NCBI GenBank assembly: GCA_027031765.1
Contig: JALVPN010000144.1
Span: 1 to 32,000 of the forward strand
Direction: 5' to 3'
DNA length: 32,000 bases
Source of the DNA: Promethearchaeota archaeon
Lineage (GTDB): Archaea; Asgardarchaeota; Thorarchaeia; Thorarchaeales; Thorarchaeaceae
The notes beneath the pieces were generated by a model, which was not told the origin of the DNA, did no database searches, and worked only from the letters and a program-made list of their open reading frames with translations. The position numbers and the translations under genes were made by a program. Shown here one piece after another: positions 1 to 8,726 of this stretch (positions are counted from its first letter, which is position 1; each line of letters opens with the position of its first letter).

Positions 1-157
1 AGATGGGACCCTGCCGTTTTAAGGCCGGCGCTATGGGCCCAGCGACCACCGTCACAACGCGCATATAATCTCAAGACTTATGTACGGTCTCTGACGAGGC
101 GCTCTACGCCTTCAACATGCCATTAGTTCTCACCATTGATGGAGGCAAGAGCAATTG

Positions 158-1960
158 ATGCCTGATAGGACTATGATGCGTCAGCGACTACAACTCTATG
201 CACTCAGTGCCATTGTTGGTGTGGCATCTGGAGTGACAGCTATAGCGTTCAGGTGTTTGATCTTTGGCATCAGCAGTCTGTTCGTCATGATACCAGCGGT
301 CTTGGGTGCCTGGGGATGGATTGTGGCCCCTGCAGTTGGAGGCCTGTTCGTAGCGTTCATCGTGCAGAGGTACGCGCCGGAAGCAAAGGGACATGGGGTG
401 CCCGAGATAATAGAGGCCTACTCAATCCAAGGTGGACGGATTCGGATGCGCGTACCGCTACTGAAGAGCTTGGCCTCAGCAATCTGTATCGGCTCGGGCG
501 GCTCGTGTGGGAGAGAGGGGCCAATCGCACAGATAGGTGGTGGCGTCGGGTCATCAATTGCACAGTTCCTGAACCTGAACAAGCGGATGACAAAGACACT
601 GGTTGTGTGTGGGGTCTCATCAGGCATCGCTGCCACATTCAACGCCCCGCTCGGGGGCACACTGTTTGGCATTGAAGTCGTTGCAGGGGGTATGGCTGGC
701 TTCTCAATCATCCCTGTAATCTTGGCCTCAGTAATTGCCACGGCAGTGGCAGATGCCGTCCTTGGGACACAGCCCTCATTCCAGGCACCACTGTTCTCAC
801 TTGGCAACTACTTTGAGCTCTTCTTCTACTTTGTCCTCGGACTGGGGTTCGGCATAGTCAGTGTGATATGGGCAAGGGGTTTCTATAAGGTGGAGGACCT
901 GCTTGAAAGGGTGCGAGTCTCGAAGTATGCACTCCCCGCAATTGGGGGGCTCATGGTCGGAGCGCTCGCAGTGCTCGTAATGATGCTGGAAGCAACATTT
1001 GCGTACAGCGGCGCTTTCAAGCCGGGCCAGCCCTATTTCCCAGCCATCATGGGGGTCGGCTACGCATTTGTCGACTCAACGCTGATGGGAAATGTGGTCA
1101 TGGCCGCGCTGCTTACGTTCGGCGTCCTGAAGGGCGTTGCAACATCCCTTACGCTTGGCTCTGGCGGTTCAGGTGGTGTCTTTGCACCCACCCTCTTCAT
1201 GGGTGCAGCACTTGGCGGGGCTTTTGGTCTCCTCATCTCCATGTTGCTCCCCGGGTTCCTCATCAATCCAATGGCATATGCGTTGGTAGGCATGGCCGCT
1301 CTCTTCGCAGGGTCGGGCCGTGCGCCGATTACGTGTATCATCATGGTAATGGAGATGACGCGCGACTACTCGATGATACTTCCACTCATGATTGCCGTGT
1401 CTACATCCTTCCTGATTGCGTCCTCCATCGAGGAGGAGAGCATCTATACACTGAAGCTCACACGACGTGGTGTCCATGTCCACAGGAGCCTGTACATAAG
1501 TGCACTGAAGGAGTTCAGGGCAGAAGAGGTGATGACACGGACGCCAACCGTTCTTCGACCTGAGATGACTAGGGACGAGGTACTGAGGATTGTCGACTCG
1601 ACACAACACACCAAGTTCCCAGTCGTCGATGAAGAGGGATGTGTCGTAGGCACACTGATTACCGAGGACCTGTTCAAGGAGCCACAAGAACCGGGGCGGG
1701 AATACCGTGTCCGAGACATGATGGACACGGACTTCCTGCACCTGAACCCCGGCTGTTCAATGGACGCCGTTCTCCACGCGATGCTGGAGAGAGGAGAGGG
1801 CCATGCAGTGGTGGTCGACCCCAGCAACCCGGACAAGATGCTGGGCTTCATAACAAAAGCTGATGTCCTAAAGGCATACGAGCTCTCCATCCTCCGTCTC
1901 AGAGCAGAGGGAGAAGATGTGGAAGAAATAGGCCAGCCCAAGATTGTGGACCCGACATGA
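158..1960 (+). CDS. CLC-family chloride channel/antiporter with C-terminal tandem CBS domains
   Basis: CLC signature motifs GHGVPE, GREGP (gating Glu), FNAPLGG, GVFAP and SIYT, with many TM helices. The C-terminus has a CBS pair (EEVMTR...KFPVVD...VGTL; DMMD...HAVVVD...GFITKADV). ATG 158 lies downstream of GGAGG at 141-145. Confidence 0.95.
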   Translation: MPDRTMMRQRLQLYALSAIVGVASGVTAIAFRCLIFGISSLFVMIPAVLGAWGWIVAPAVGGLFVAFIVQRYAPEAKGHGVPEIIEAYSIQGGRIRMRVPLLKSLASAICIGSGGSCGREGPIAQIGGGVGSSIAQFLNLNKRMTKTLVVCGVSSGIAATFNAPLGGTLFGIEVVAGGMAGFSIIPVILASVIATAVADAVLGTQPSFQAPLFSLGNYFELFFYFVLGLGFGIVSVIWARGFYKVEDLLERVRVSKYALPAIGGLMVGALAVLVMMLEATFAYSGAFKPGQPYFPAIMGVGYAFVDSTLMGNVVMAALLTFGVLKGVATSLTLGSGGSGGVFAPTLFMGAALGGAFGLLISMLLPGFLINPMAYALVGMAALFAGSGRAPITCIIMVMEMTRDYSMILPLMIAVSTSFLIASSIEEESIYTLKLTRRGVHVHRSLYISALKEFRAEEVMTRTPTVLRPEMTRDEVLRIVDSTQHTKFPVVDEEGCVVGTLITEDLFKEPQEPGREYRVRDMMDTDFLHLNPGCSMDAVLHAMLERGEGHAVVVDPSNPDKMLGFITKADVLKAYELSILRLRAEGEDVEEIGQPKIVDPT

Positions 1961-2000
1961 CCAGTGTCCAGTGTAGTAGGGGCAGTATACACGGGATTGA

Positions 2001-2008
2001 TATAATAA
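2001..2008 (+). promoter_or_regulatory. Candidate TATA box upstream of the V4R gene
   Basis: TATAATAA in an otherwise GC-rich intergenic region. Position only; no transcript evidence. Confidence 0.35.
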
Positions 2009-2146
2009 GGGACAGGTGACACGCAGATAGGCCAATCACTCGAGACGCACCCTAGAGGCAACAGTCCCTAGCAGGATGTCGCCTGCAGACACCGGGTAAT
2101 GAGCAGAGCGTTCAGAAAGAGTGATTGCACAGACCAACAAGTAAGT

Positions 2147-2836
2147 ATGAGGTACTGGTCGTACTACAGGAGTGTGACAGATGAGTTGGTAAAGACTGTA
2201 GAGGCACCGCCTGAACTCCACCCACTAATAGAGGAGATAGAAAAGAAATACGAGGAAGTATTCGCATCGCACCTTGAGTTCAGGCCGGAGGAGAGCCGTA
2301 TTCGGCTCCTAGGAAAAGACGTGATGTTCATAGGACTCAGGGCAGTAGCAATCGACCTGAAGGACGAGCTCGACAGAGTCCTGGGAGAACAGGGAAGAAA
2401 CCTCCTAATCTACCGCCTAGGACAGTCGTTTGGCCGCTCTGAGGCGGAACGCTTGATCCCACAGCTCGGCGTTGAGGGACTACCGGCAAGACTTGCTGCA
2501 GGGCCAATCTGGGCGGCATTCTCCGGATTTGTGAGGGTAAGACTACTCCCGGGATCAGTGCTCGAGCCGAATGAGAACTATTTTCTGTTCTACGAACATC
2601 CGAACAACTTCGAGGCACAGCTCTGGAAGGACGAGGGACGCACGAGTCAGGAGCCAGTCTGCTTCTTCAACGCGGGGTACTCGTCAGGCTGGTGCTCAGT
2701 TGCATCGGGGCTGGACCTGGATGCAGAGGAAATCCTATGTGAGGCCAAGGGCGACCCTGTCTGCAGGTTCATAATGTTCCCATCGTCCCGCCGGATGGAA
2801 TACATGGAACGCGTGGACGAATACAGGAACATATAG
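2147..2836 (+). CDS. Stand-alone V4R (4-vinyl reductase) domain protein, XylR/DmpR effector-domain-like
   Basis: NNFEAQ...EPVCFFNAGYSSGW...EEILCEAKGDPVCRF matches the V4R Cys/Glu pattern. The N-terminal half resembles XylR_N (ESRIRLLGKDVMFI...LIYRLGQSFG). No AAA+ or HTH domain. Start uncertain (ATG 2099 or 2147). Confidence 0.85.
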   Translation: MRYWSYYRSVTDELVKTVEAPPELHPLIEEIEKKYEEVFASHLEFRPEESRIRLLGKDVMFIGLRAVAIDLKDELDRVLGEQGRNLLIYRLGQSFGRSEAERLIPQLGVEGLPARLAAGPIWAAFSGFVRVRLLPGSVLEPNENYFLFYEHPNNFEAQLWKDEGRTSQEPVCFFNAGYSSGWCSVASGLDLDAEEILCEAKGDPVCRFIMFPSSRRMEYMERVDEYRNI

Positions 2837-3047
2837 AGTAGAGAACAGGAGTGCACGGCATACAGGGGCCTGCACTGGGGTCTCCACTGCGGCTGGCACG
2901 GACATGTGGCTGGGGCAACTGACCTGGCAAGATGTGGTCTGTATTGCATGTGACATGACAACGTCTGTATGTGTCCGCGCACCACGGACGGTGGGTTCAC
3001 TCTGACAACGACAACTAGAAACAGGGGGCGAATAGATGGGAGGAAGA

Positions 3048-3665
3048 ATGAAACCGTACGACTACAAGGTCTACGTGACCGGGCCATTCCAAGCGGGAAA
3101 GACAACTCTCATCCACACTCTCGACCCAGATGCCATATCAATAGAACGTGAGATGCGAGAAGCATATCGTGGTGAGAAGGGGACGACGACCACAGGGTTT
3201 GATCTAGGTCGGGTCGTGTGGGTGAGGAAAGAGGTGCATCATGACGGACTGGTTGTCCCAAAGAAGGAGTTTGAACGCGAAAGGGCCGAGTACGACGGCT
3301 GGACAACCAGAGAGATTGAACTCAGAGGTGTGCCAGGACAACTACACTTCAAGTTTGTCAGAGACACTATGCGGATGAACACCGATGGTGTCCTCATGAT
3401 TGTGGACTCGTCAGACTACGGGATGATTGGTGATGCAAGCGCAATACTGGCAGAAACGATAGCTGCATTCGGCGACATACCTCTGGAAGTGATTGCAAAC
3501 AAGCAGGACCGTAACGATGCCGCTAGTCCAGAAGAGGTCGCGACATGGCTAGGAGTAGAGAAGGCGACCGGTATGTGTGCAAAGGATCACGAGTCGGCCC
3601 GAGAGGCACTGATACGCCTGCTGAAGAAGCTGGAGGGAGCAGGGGAGGAAGGGGGGTCTGCATGA
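3048..3665 (+). CDS. MglA/CvnD-like small GTPase
   Basis: G1 GPFQAGKTT, G2 TTTGFDLG, Asp-less G3 GVPGQ (as in MglA TVPGQ and CvnD GTPGQ), G4 NKQD, G5 CAK. GGGAGG lies upstream of ATG 3048. Confidence 0.9.
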   Translation: MKPYDYKVYVTGPFQAGKTTLIHTLDPDAISIEREMREAYRGEKGTTTTGFDLGRVVWVRKEVHHDGLVVPKKEFERERAEYDGWTTREIELRGVPGQLHFKFVRDTMRMNTDGVLMIVDSSDYGMIGDASAILAETIAAFGDIPLEVIANKQDRNDAASPEEVATWLGVEKATGMCAKDHESAREALIRLLKKLEGAGEEGGSA

Positions 3666-3687
3666 ATGACCATACAGAGGGCGGTGC

Positions 3688-4149
3688 GTGAGCACATTGC
3701 ATGAGGACACCCACGAAATCCCACCAGTCCGAACAATCGTGTCAAAGCTCAGAGAGTTCACAACAAGGGTGCCGGTGTGGGGCCTGACGGTGTTTACAAT
3801 TGATGGTTATGTGATAGCCCATCATGCCACGACCAACAACATTCCCCAAGGAGTTGAGATGGCCATAAGCAGCATGTCAGCAGGGCTGATTGCGATTGCA
3901 GAAGACTTCATAAGACTTGTAGATGCGAAGAAGCGGTTCAAGGAGATAGTTGTTGACTCGGAGGACACCGATGGAGCCCCTGCATTCTCAGTCATACTGA
4001 GGCATGCAGCGGAAAACGTAATGCTCGCATGTATCTTCCCGAGGACAACGCAACTTGGACTGATCACGTTTGAGATGGACCTGCTCTGTAATGACATTGT
4101 AGAGATTGTAGGGCAGTGGGACCCCAAACTCCACATGATGAAACAGTGA
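3688..4149 (+). CDS. Roadblock/LC7 (MglB-like) domain protein 1
   Basis: Helix, then VWGLTVFTIDGYVIAH (beta hairpin with DG), AISSMSAGLIAIAEDF (alpha2), beta strands, and TQLGLITFEM (terminal helix). This is the Roadblock pattern. Confidence 0.8.
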   Translation: MSTLHEDTHEIPPVRTIVSKLREFTTRVPVWGLTVFTIDGYVIAHHATTNNIPQGVEMAISSMSAGLIAIAEDFIRLVDAKKRFKEIVVDSEDTDGAPAFSVILRHAAENVMLACIFPRTTQLGLITFEMDLLCNDIVEIVGQWDPKLHMMKQ

Positions 4150-4169
4150 CGTGAGGAGGCTGAAAACCA

Positions 4170-4601
4170 GTGAGCATGGGTACAAGCGAGAAACTGTCGG
4201 AGGTCATTCGAAGCCTTGTGACAGACTCGTCAGACAAGTTCCATGGCTGCGTAATCACCAACGAAAGGGGACTGATTGTCGCCGCAATGGATGACAACAC
4301 CGTATCCAATGAGAGTTTGGCAGCAATGATGTCATTGCTGTCAGACACGGCACAGCGGATAAACGAGAGCTTGGATCTTGGGACTCCCAAGACAATGGCA
4401 ATCCTCTCTGACGAAAGACGTCTTCTGATGCACGAGTTCAGGGTACAGGGACGTCGGTTCAGGATTGGTGCCATTGTCAGTGGCAGGGTGACATCCCGAA
4501 GACTGAAACGGATACGGGGGCTGTTCAGCCGTGGCGGTATTGAGCATACATTGGAAGATGCAGCCAAACGCGTTGTCAGTGTGTTGGAAGAGAGGGCATG
4601 A
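4170..4601 (+). CDS. Roadblock/LC7 domain protein 2
   Basis: GCVITNERGLIVAA...ESLAAMMSLLSDTAQRINESLDLG is a typical Roadblock motif. GAGGAGG at 4153-4159 precedes GTG 4170. Confidence 0.85.
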   Translation: MSMGTSEKLSEVIRSLVTDSSDKFHGCVITNERGLIVAAMDDNTVSNESLAAMMSLLSDTAQRINESLDLGTPKTMAILSDERRLLMHEFRVQGRRFRIGAIVSGRVTSRRLKRIRGLFSRGGIEHTLEDAAKRVVSVLEERA

Positions 4602-4641
4602 CCGTACCTACGAATGATGTGAAACAAGGTGAGGGAAGGTA

Positions 4642-5004
4642 ATGCCAAGGACTGAAGAGCTGAAGCAAGTATTGAGTGAACTACTGAAGAAGTGCGACCT
4701 TGATGGTGTGGCGATTGTTACGAACCGGGGGCAACCAGTGGCCGCGATACTACCGCATGACGCACCGGAGAAGGCTGTTTCTGCAATGGCAGCATCAATC
4801 CTGTCAATAGGACAGCGGGTAGGATATGAGCTGGGTGCGGGCGAACCGAGGCATATCATTGTTGACGGCACAGAGAACACAGTAGTACTCGTCGGGTTTG
4901 ACTCGATGGTACTTGTGGGACGGGCACCATCAACCGCTGAGATTGGGCTCATTCGGTTCGAGGCAGGCAAGACGGTCAGGAAACTACAGGAACTCCTCTC
5001 ATGA
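4642..5004 (+). CDS. Roadblock/LC7 (MglB-like) domain protein 3
   Basis: Canonical pattern: LDGVAIVTNRGQPVAA...VSAMAASILSIGQRVGYELGAGEPRHIIVDG...AEIGLIRFE. Confidence 0.92.
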   Translation: MPRTEELKQVLSELLKKCDLDGVAIVTNRGQPVAAILPHDAPEKAVSAMAASILSIGQRVGYELGAGEPRHIIVDGTENTVVLVGFDSMVLVGRAPSTAEIGLIRFEAGKTVRKLQELLS

Positions 5005-5080
5005 AGCGTAGGGACAACTAGGCCGGCACCGGGCGGTACGGGACAGGTCGTGCGTGCAACCGCACTGACTTGGACAACAG

Positions 5081-5296
5081 GACAGACTGTATGACCTCGC
5101 CGGCGCCACGAGCAAGCACCTGTGCACCCAGCAAGTGACGGGACTCGGTGTCCACGACAAGTTTCACAAGACCACGAGTGTCGCGCGCAGCGACCGCGTG
5201 TGGCACATACGCCAGTGAGAGTATGCTCACAACAACACTGCAACCAGCACTCCTAGCTGCACGTTCCGTGAGGCCGACACCAGCGACCTGAGGGTC
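5081..5296 (-). pseudogene. merA: Relic of mercuric reductase-like pyridine nucleotide-disulfide oxidoreductase (dimerisation domain only)
   Basis: Translating upstream of the listed 70-aa ORF gives [70 protein letters not shown]. This parallels the MerA C-terminal DPQVATVGYSEAEA...VPRALANFDTRGFIKLV...AGELIQ. In-frame stops lie just upstream, and the FAD/NADPH domains and C-terminal Cys pair are missing. Confidence 0.72.
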
Positions 5297-5353
5297 TGCC
5301 CGGTTGCGGCCCAGATGCCGTTGCTACTGTCACAACGCAGCCCCAAGCCAAAG

Positions 5354-5394
5354 AGATAAATATCTACACGGATATATCCAAACAGATACATACC
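5354..5394. promoter_or_regulatory. Three GATA-N(0-2)-TAT/CC palindromes upstream of copA (candidate operator/promoter)
   Basis: AGATAaaTATCT (5354-5365), GGATATATCC (5370-5379) and GATAcaTACC (5385-5394); the centres are 15 bp apart. Confidence 0.35.
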
Positions 5395-5415
5395 GGCCAT
5401 GGGTGGCGAGCAGAC

Positions 5416-8064
5416 ATGGAAGATGCTGTCGGAAAGAAGGTGAAGCGACGTTCGTTGAAGATTGAAGGGATGCACTGTGCATCCTGTGTGGCAACCATTG
5501 AAAGGGCACTCCTAGAGCAGGACGGGGTGATAAGGGCCACCGTAAGTCTGCTGGACGAGAAGGCGGTCGTAGAATATGACCCTCAGAGAGTGGACACGCC
5601 GGATCTTGAACGGGTGGTCGAGTCAACGGGGTATTCAGTCCGACGGGCAAAGATGACTCTCAGGGTCACATCAAGACCAGACGTCGATGGCTGGGAGGCA
5701 ATAGTTGATACCTTGAAGGGGACTGAAGGAGTCCTAGGAGTAGAGGTGTATCCTGAAAGGGACATGTTGATAGTGGAATATGACGACGATCTCGTCACTG
5801 TCAGGACGGTGAAACGGGCGCTACGCACTGTGGGCCACACCATAGAGGAGGAGGAGAAGTCAAGGACGGACCGGGAGTCGCTGGCAAGAACACAAGAGAT
5901 AAGACACTATACTAGACTGTTGGCCCTGGCACTTGCACTCTCAATACCAGTGGTCCTGGTCACGTTCGGTGTACTGACACCGCTACTGCCCGAGGGCGTC
6001 ACACCAGCGATGGTCAACTTCGTACTGACGACGCCGGTTCAGTTTGTGGCAGGATACCCATTCTACAGGTCGAGCCTGAAGGCAGCACGACATGGAAAGT
6101 TGAACATGGACACCCTGATAATGCTTGGGACCAGCGCGGCCTATTCGTACTCAGTGGCTGCGACGTTCGTGTTCACTCAGTACGATGCTTTCTACGACAC
6201 TGCTGCCCTCCTGATCACATTCATACTCCTCGGGAGGACTCTTGAGGCGGTGGCCAAGGGGCGCACATCACGTGCAATAAGGGAGCTCATGGATCTCCAG
6301 CCAAAGGCAGCAACGGTGTTGCGCGACGGGAGAGAGGTGCTGGTGCCGGCTGATGAACTTGAGGTGGGAGACGTGGTCCTTGTGAGACCCGGCGAGAAGA
6401 TACCGGTGGACGGTGAGGTCATCGAGGGCATGTCATCTGTGGACGAGTCAATGATAACTGGAGAGTCCGTGCCCGTGAGCAAGGGGCCAGGTGACACGGT
6501 CGTCGGTGCGACCATCAACAAGAACGGCGTGTTGCGAGTCCGTGCGACAAAGGTAGGACAGGACACGGTCCTCTCACAGATAATACGGCTTGTGGAGAGT
6601 GCCCAGACCCAGAAGCCGCCAATCCAGCGGAAGGCTGACGCGATTGCAGCAGTGTTCGTACCGGTCGTGATGACACTTGCCCTCGTGACATTTGTTGTCT
6701 GGGCATTTGTGTTCACCCAGCCATGGGTACGGGCACTGAGCTTTACGATTGCAGTCCTCGTAGCTGCGTGCCCCTGTGCACTCGGTCTTGCGACACCGAC
6801 CGCACTGATGGTAGGTCTGGGCCGTGGGGCAAAGTACGGGATCCTGATAAAGACCGGCTCCGCGCTCGAAACGATACCGAGGATTGATGTGATAGTATTT
6901 GACAAGACCGGGACACTCACAGTCGGTGCGCCCACGGTGACCGATGTCATCACGGATTACAACACTGACGAGGACTCTGTACTGTCAGTGGTGGCAGCAG
7001 TAGAGACCAACAGCGAGCACCCATTGGCTGAGGCAATTGTGAACTATGCAAGAGAGAGAGGTATTGATATCCCGCAGGTCGATGCGTTCGAGGCCGTCCC
7101 CGGGCGCGGCGTGCGGGCGCGGGTCGACAACGAAGTTGTACTCGTCGGGAACGAGGACCTCCTTGCCGACGCGGGAGTGGACACTACGCGACTCCTCGGA
7201 ACGGCCAAGGGACTACAGGACCAAGGCAAGACCACAGTCTTTGTGGCCCGTGATGGACGGGCGCTTGCAGTCATTGGGATTGCAGACACACTGAAACCCA
7301 GTTCACCACAGGCAGTTAGGCTGCTCAGGGAGATGGGAATTGAGGCCATCATGCTTACAGGGGACAAGAGGAGGACTGCAGAGTTCATCGCCGCCTCCGT
7401 GGGAGTTGACCATGTGATGGCAGAGGTGCTGCCGGAGCAGAAGAGCGCCAAGGTCAGGGAACTACAGCGAGAGGGACGAGTTGTAGCGATGGTAGGAGAC
7501 GGGATAAATGATGCACCAGCACTGGCCCAGGCCGATGTCGGCATTGCGCTCGGGAGTGGCACAGACGTGTCGATGGAAACGGGGGACATAGTGCTTGTAC
7601 GGAGCGACTTGCTGGACGTGGTTGCAGCAGTCCAGCTCGGACAGAAGACTATGACCAAGATCCGGCAGAACTTCTTCTGGGCGCTAGTATACAACATGGC
7701 CCTGCTCCCCATAGCTGCAGGAGTGCTATTCCCCATAGCAGGCATAGTGCTCCGGCCTGAACTCGCTGGCCTGGCAATGGCATTCTCCAGCGTGAGTGTG
7801 GTGACCAATGCACTACTACTCGGGCGCTTCAGACCGGTGGTTGGTGAGAGTGACACGGGCACGACAGGTCAGATGGGGCCGGGAACAGCGGTGGACCCTG
7901 TGTGTGAGATGCATGTAGAGATTACAGACGAAACGCCAGCATTTGAGTACAACGGCCGGACATTTTATTTCTGTGCCGCCCGCTGTAGGGACATGTTTGC
8001 AGCTAGGCCCGAAGAATACCTTGAGAAGAAGAGGACTGAACAGGAAACATCGAGCTGGAACTGA
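5416..8064 (+). CDS. copA: Cu(I)-exporting P1B-type ATPase with N-terminal HMA domains and C-terminal YHS/TRASH domain
   Basis: [47 protein letters not shown] and MAFSSVSV (P1B-1 signature). C-terminal DPVCEM...[11 protein letters not shown]. Confidence 0.96.
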   Translation: MEDAVGKKVKRRSLKIEGMHCASCVATIERALLEQDGVIRATVSLLDEKAVVEYDPQRVDTPDLERVVESTGYSVRRAKMTLRVTSRPDVDGWEAIVDTLKGTEGVLGVEVYPERDMLIVEYDDDLVTVRTVKRALRTVGHTIEEEEKSRTDRESLARTQEIRHYTRLLALALALSIPVVLVTFGVLTPLLPEGVTPAMVNFVLTTPVQFVAGYPFYRSSLKAARHGKLNMDTLIMLGTSAAYSYSVAATFVFTQYDAFYDTAALLITFILLGRTLEAVAKGRTSRAIRELMDLQPKAATVLRDGREVLVPADELEVGDVVLVRPGEKIPVDGEVIEGMSSVDESMITGESVPVSKGPGDTVVGATINKNGVLRVRATKVGQDTVLSQIIRLVESAQTQKPPIQRKADAIAAVFVPVVMTLALVTFVVWAFVFTQPWVRALSFTIAVLVAACPCALGLATPTALMVGLGRGAKYGILIKTGSALETIPRIDVIVFDKTGTLTVGAPTVTDVITDYNTDEDSVLSVVAAVETNSEHPLAEAIVNYARERGIDIPQVDAFEAVPGRGVRARVDNEVVLVGNEDLLADAGVDTTRLLGTAKGLQDQGKTTVFVARDGRALAVIGIADTLKPSSPQAVRLLREMGIEAIMLTGDKRRTAEFIAASVGVDHVMAEVLPEQKSAKVRELQREGRVVAMVGDGINDAPALAQADVGIALGSGTDVSMETGDIVLVRSDLLDVVAAVQLGQKTMTKIRQNFFWALVYNMALLPIAAGVLFPIAGIVLRPELAGLAMAFSSVSVVTNALLLGRFRPVVGESDTGTTGQMGPGTAVDPVCEMHVEITDETPAFEYNGRTFYFCAARCRDMFAARPEEYLEKKRTEQETSSWN

Positions 8065-8120
8065 CAACACAGACCGTGCCTGTGGGATGGTGGACACTGG
8101 TGGACAATGCCGAAGGGACA

Positions 8121-8573
8121 ATGCGTGAAGAAATGGACGAAATCCTCTCAGGTTTCACGCAGTTCTACATACTACTTATGCTGAGTGAAAGGGACGCCCA
8201 TGGGTACGCACTGATCAAGGAGTACCATAAGAGGACAGGACGCACCCTGAGTGCAGGGACACTGTATCCGTTCTTGCGAAAGCTGGAGGAGAAGGGACTG
8301 GTGACACACGAGGACAGACCTGTGGGCAACAAGCCGAGGTCAGTGTATATGTTGACACAGACAGGGCGGACATTCTGTAAACGGCTATTCCAGAGGTTCG
8401 CCACAATGGTCGCATCTGCAATCGAGCCAAGCCTGGAAGTGTGTGCGAGCTGCGGTGTGAAACTGATAGGAGGGGGGTATCATGAGATTATCGACGGAAA
8501 AGAAATGGCGTTCTGCTGCTCACATTGCGCTGCTGCTTTCAAGGGTGAACGGACGGGCAGTGAGCACCGCTGA
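8121..8573 (+). CDS. PadR-family transcriptional regulator with C-terminal TRASH-like metal-binding domain
   Basis: PadR wHTH: ILLMLSERDAHGYALIKE...LSAGTLYPFLRKLEEKGLV...RSVYMLTQTG. C-terminal CASC...EMAFCCSHCAAAF. Confidence 0.85.
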   Translation: MREEMDEILSGFTQFYILLMLSERDAHGYALIKEYHKRTGRTLSAGTLYPFLRKLEEKGLVTHEDRPVGNKPRSVYMLTQTGRTFCKRLFQRFATMVASAIEPSLEVCASCGVKLIGGGYHEIIDGKEMAFCCSHCAAAFKGERTGSEHR

Positions 8574-8627
8574 GGGACTACTCTGGAACAACCTATAATG
8601 GTCGTACGACACCCATAGGTAGTCCCT
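8573..8627. other. Nested inverted repeat / possible hairpin after the copA-padR unit
   Basis: AGGGACTAC (8573-8581) and GTAGTCCCT (8619-8627) form a perfect 9-bp IR enclosing the palindrome GTCGTACGAC (8601-8610). Confidence 0.3.
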
Positions 8628-8726
8628 GTAGTGGACTCAAGGGCCGACCCCGACAGTCCGGGTCTGTGCACCATAGTAATAAAACGCACCGACCACCACA
8701 CAGGGTGAGATTGGGGTGAAAGACTA

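Noticed and set aside
1961-1974. CCAGTGT x2 tandem repeat after the CLC stop
   Set aside because: Too short to distinguish from chance.
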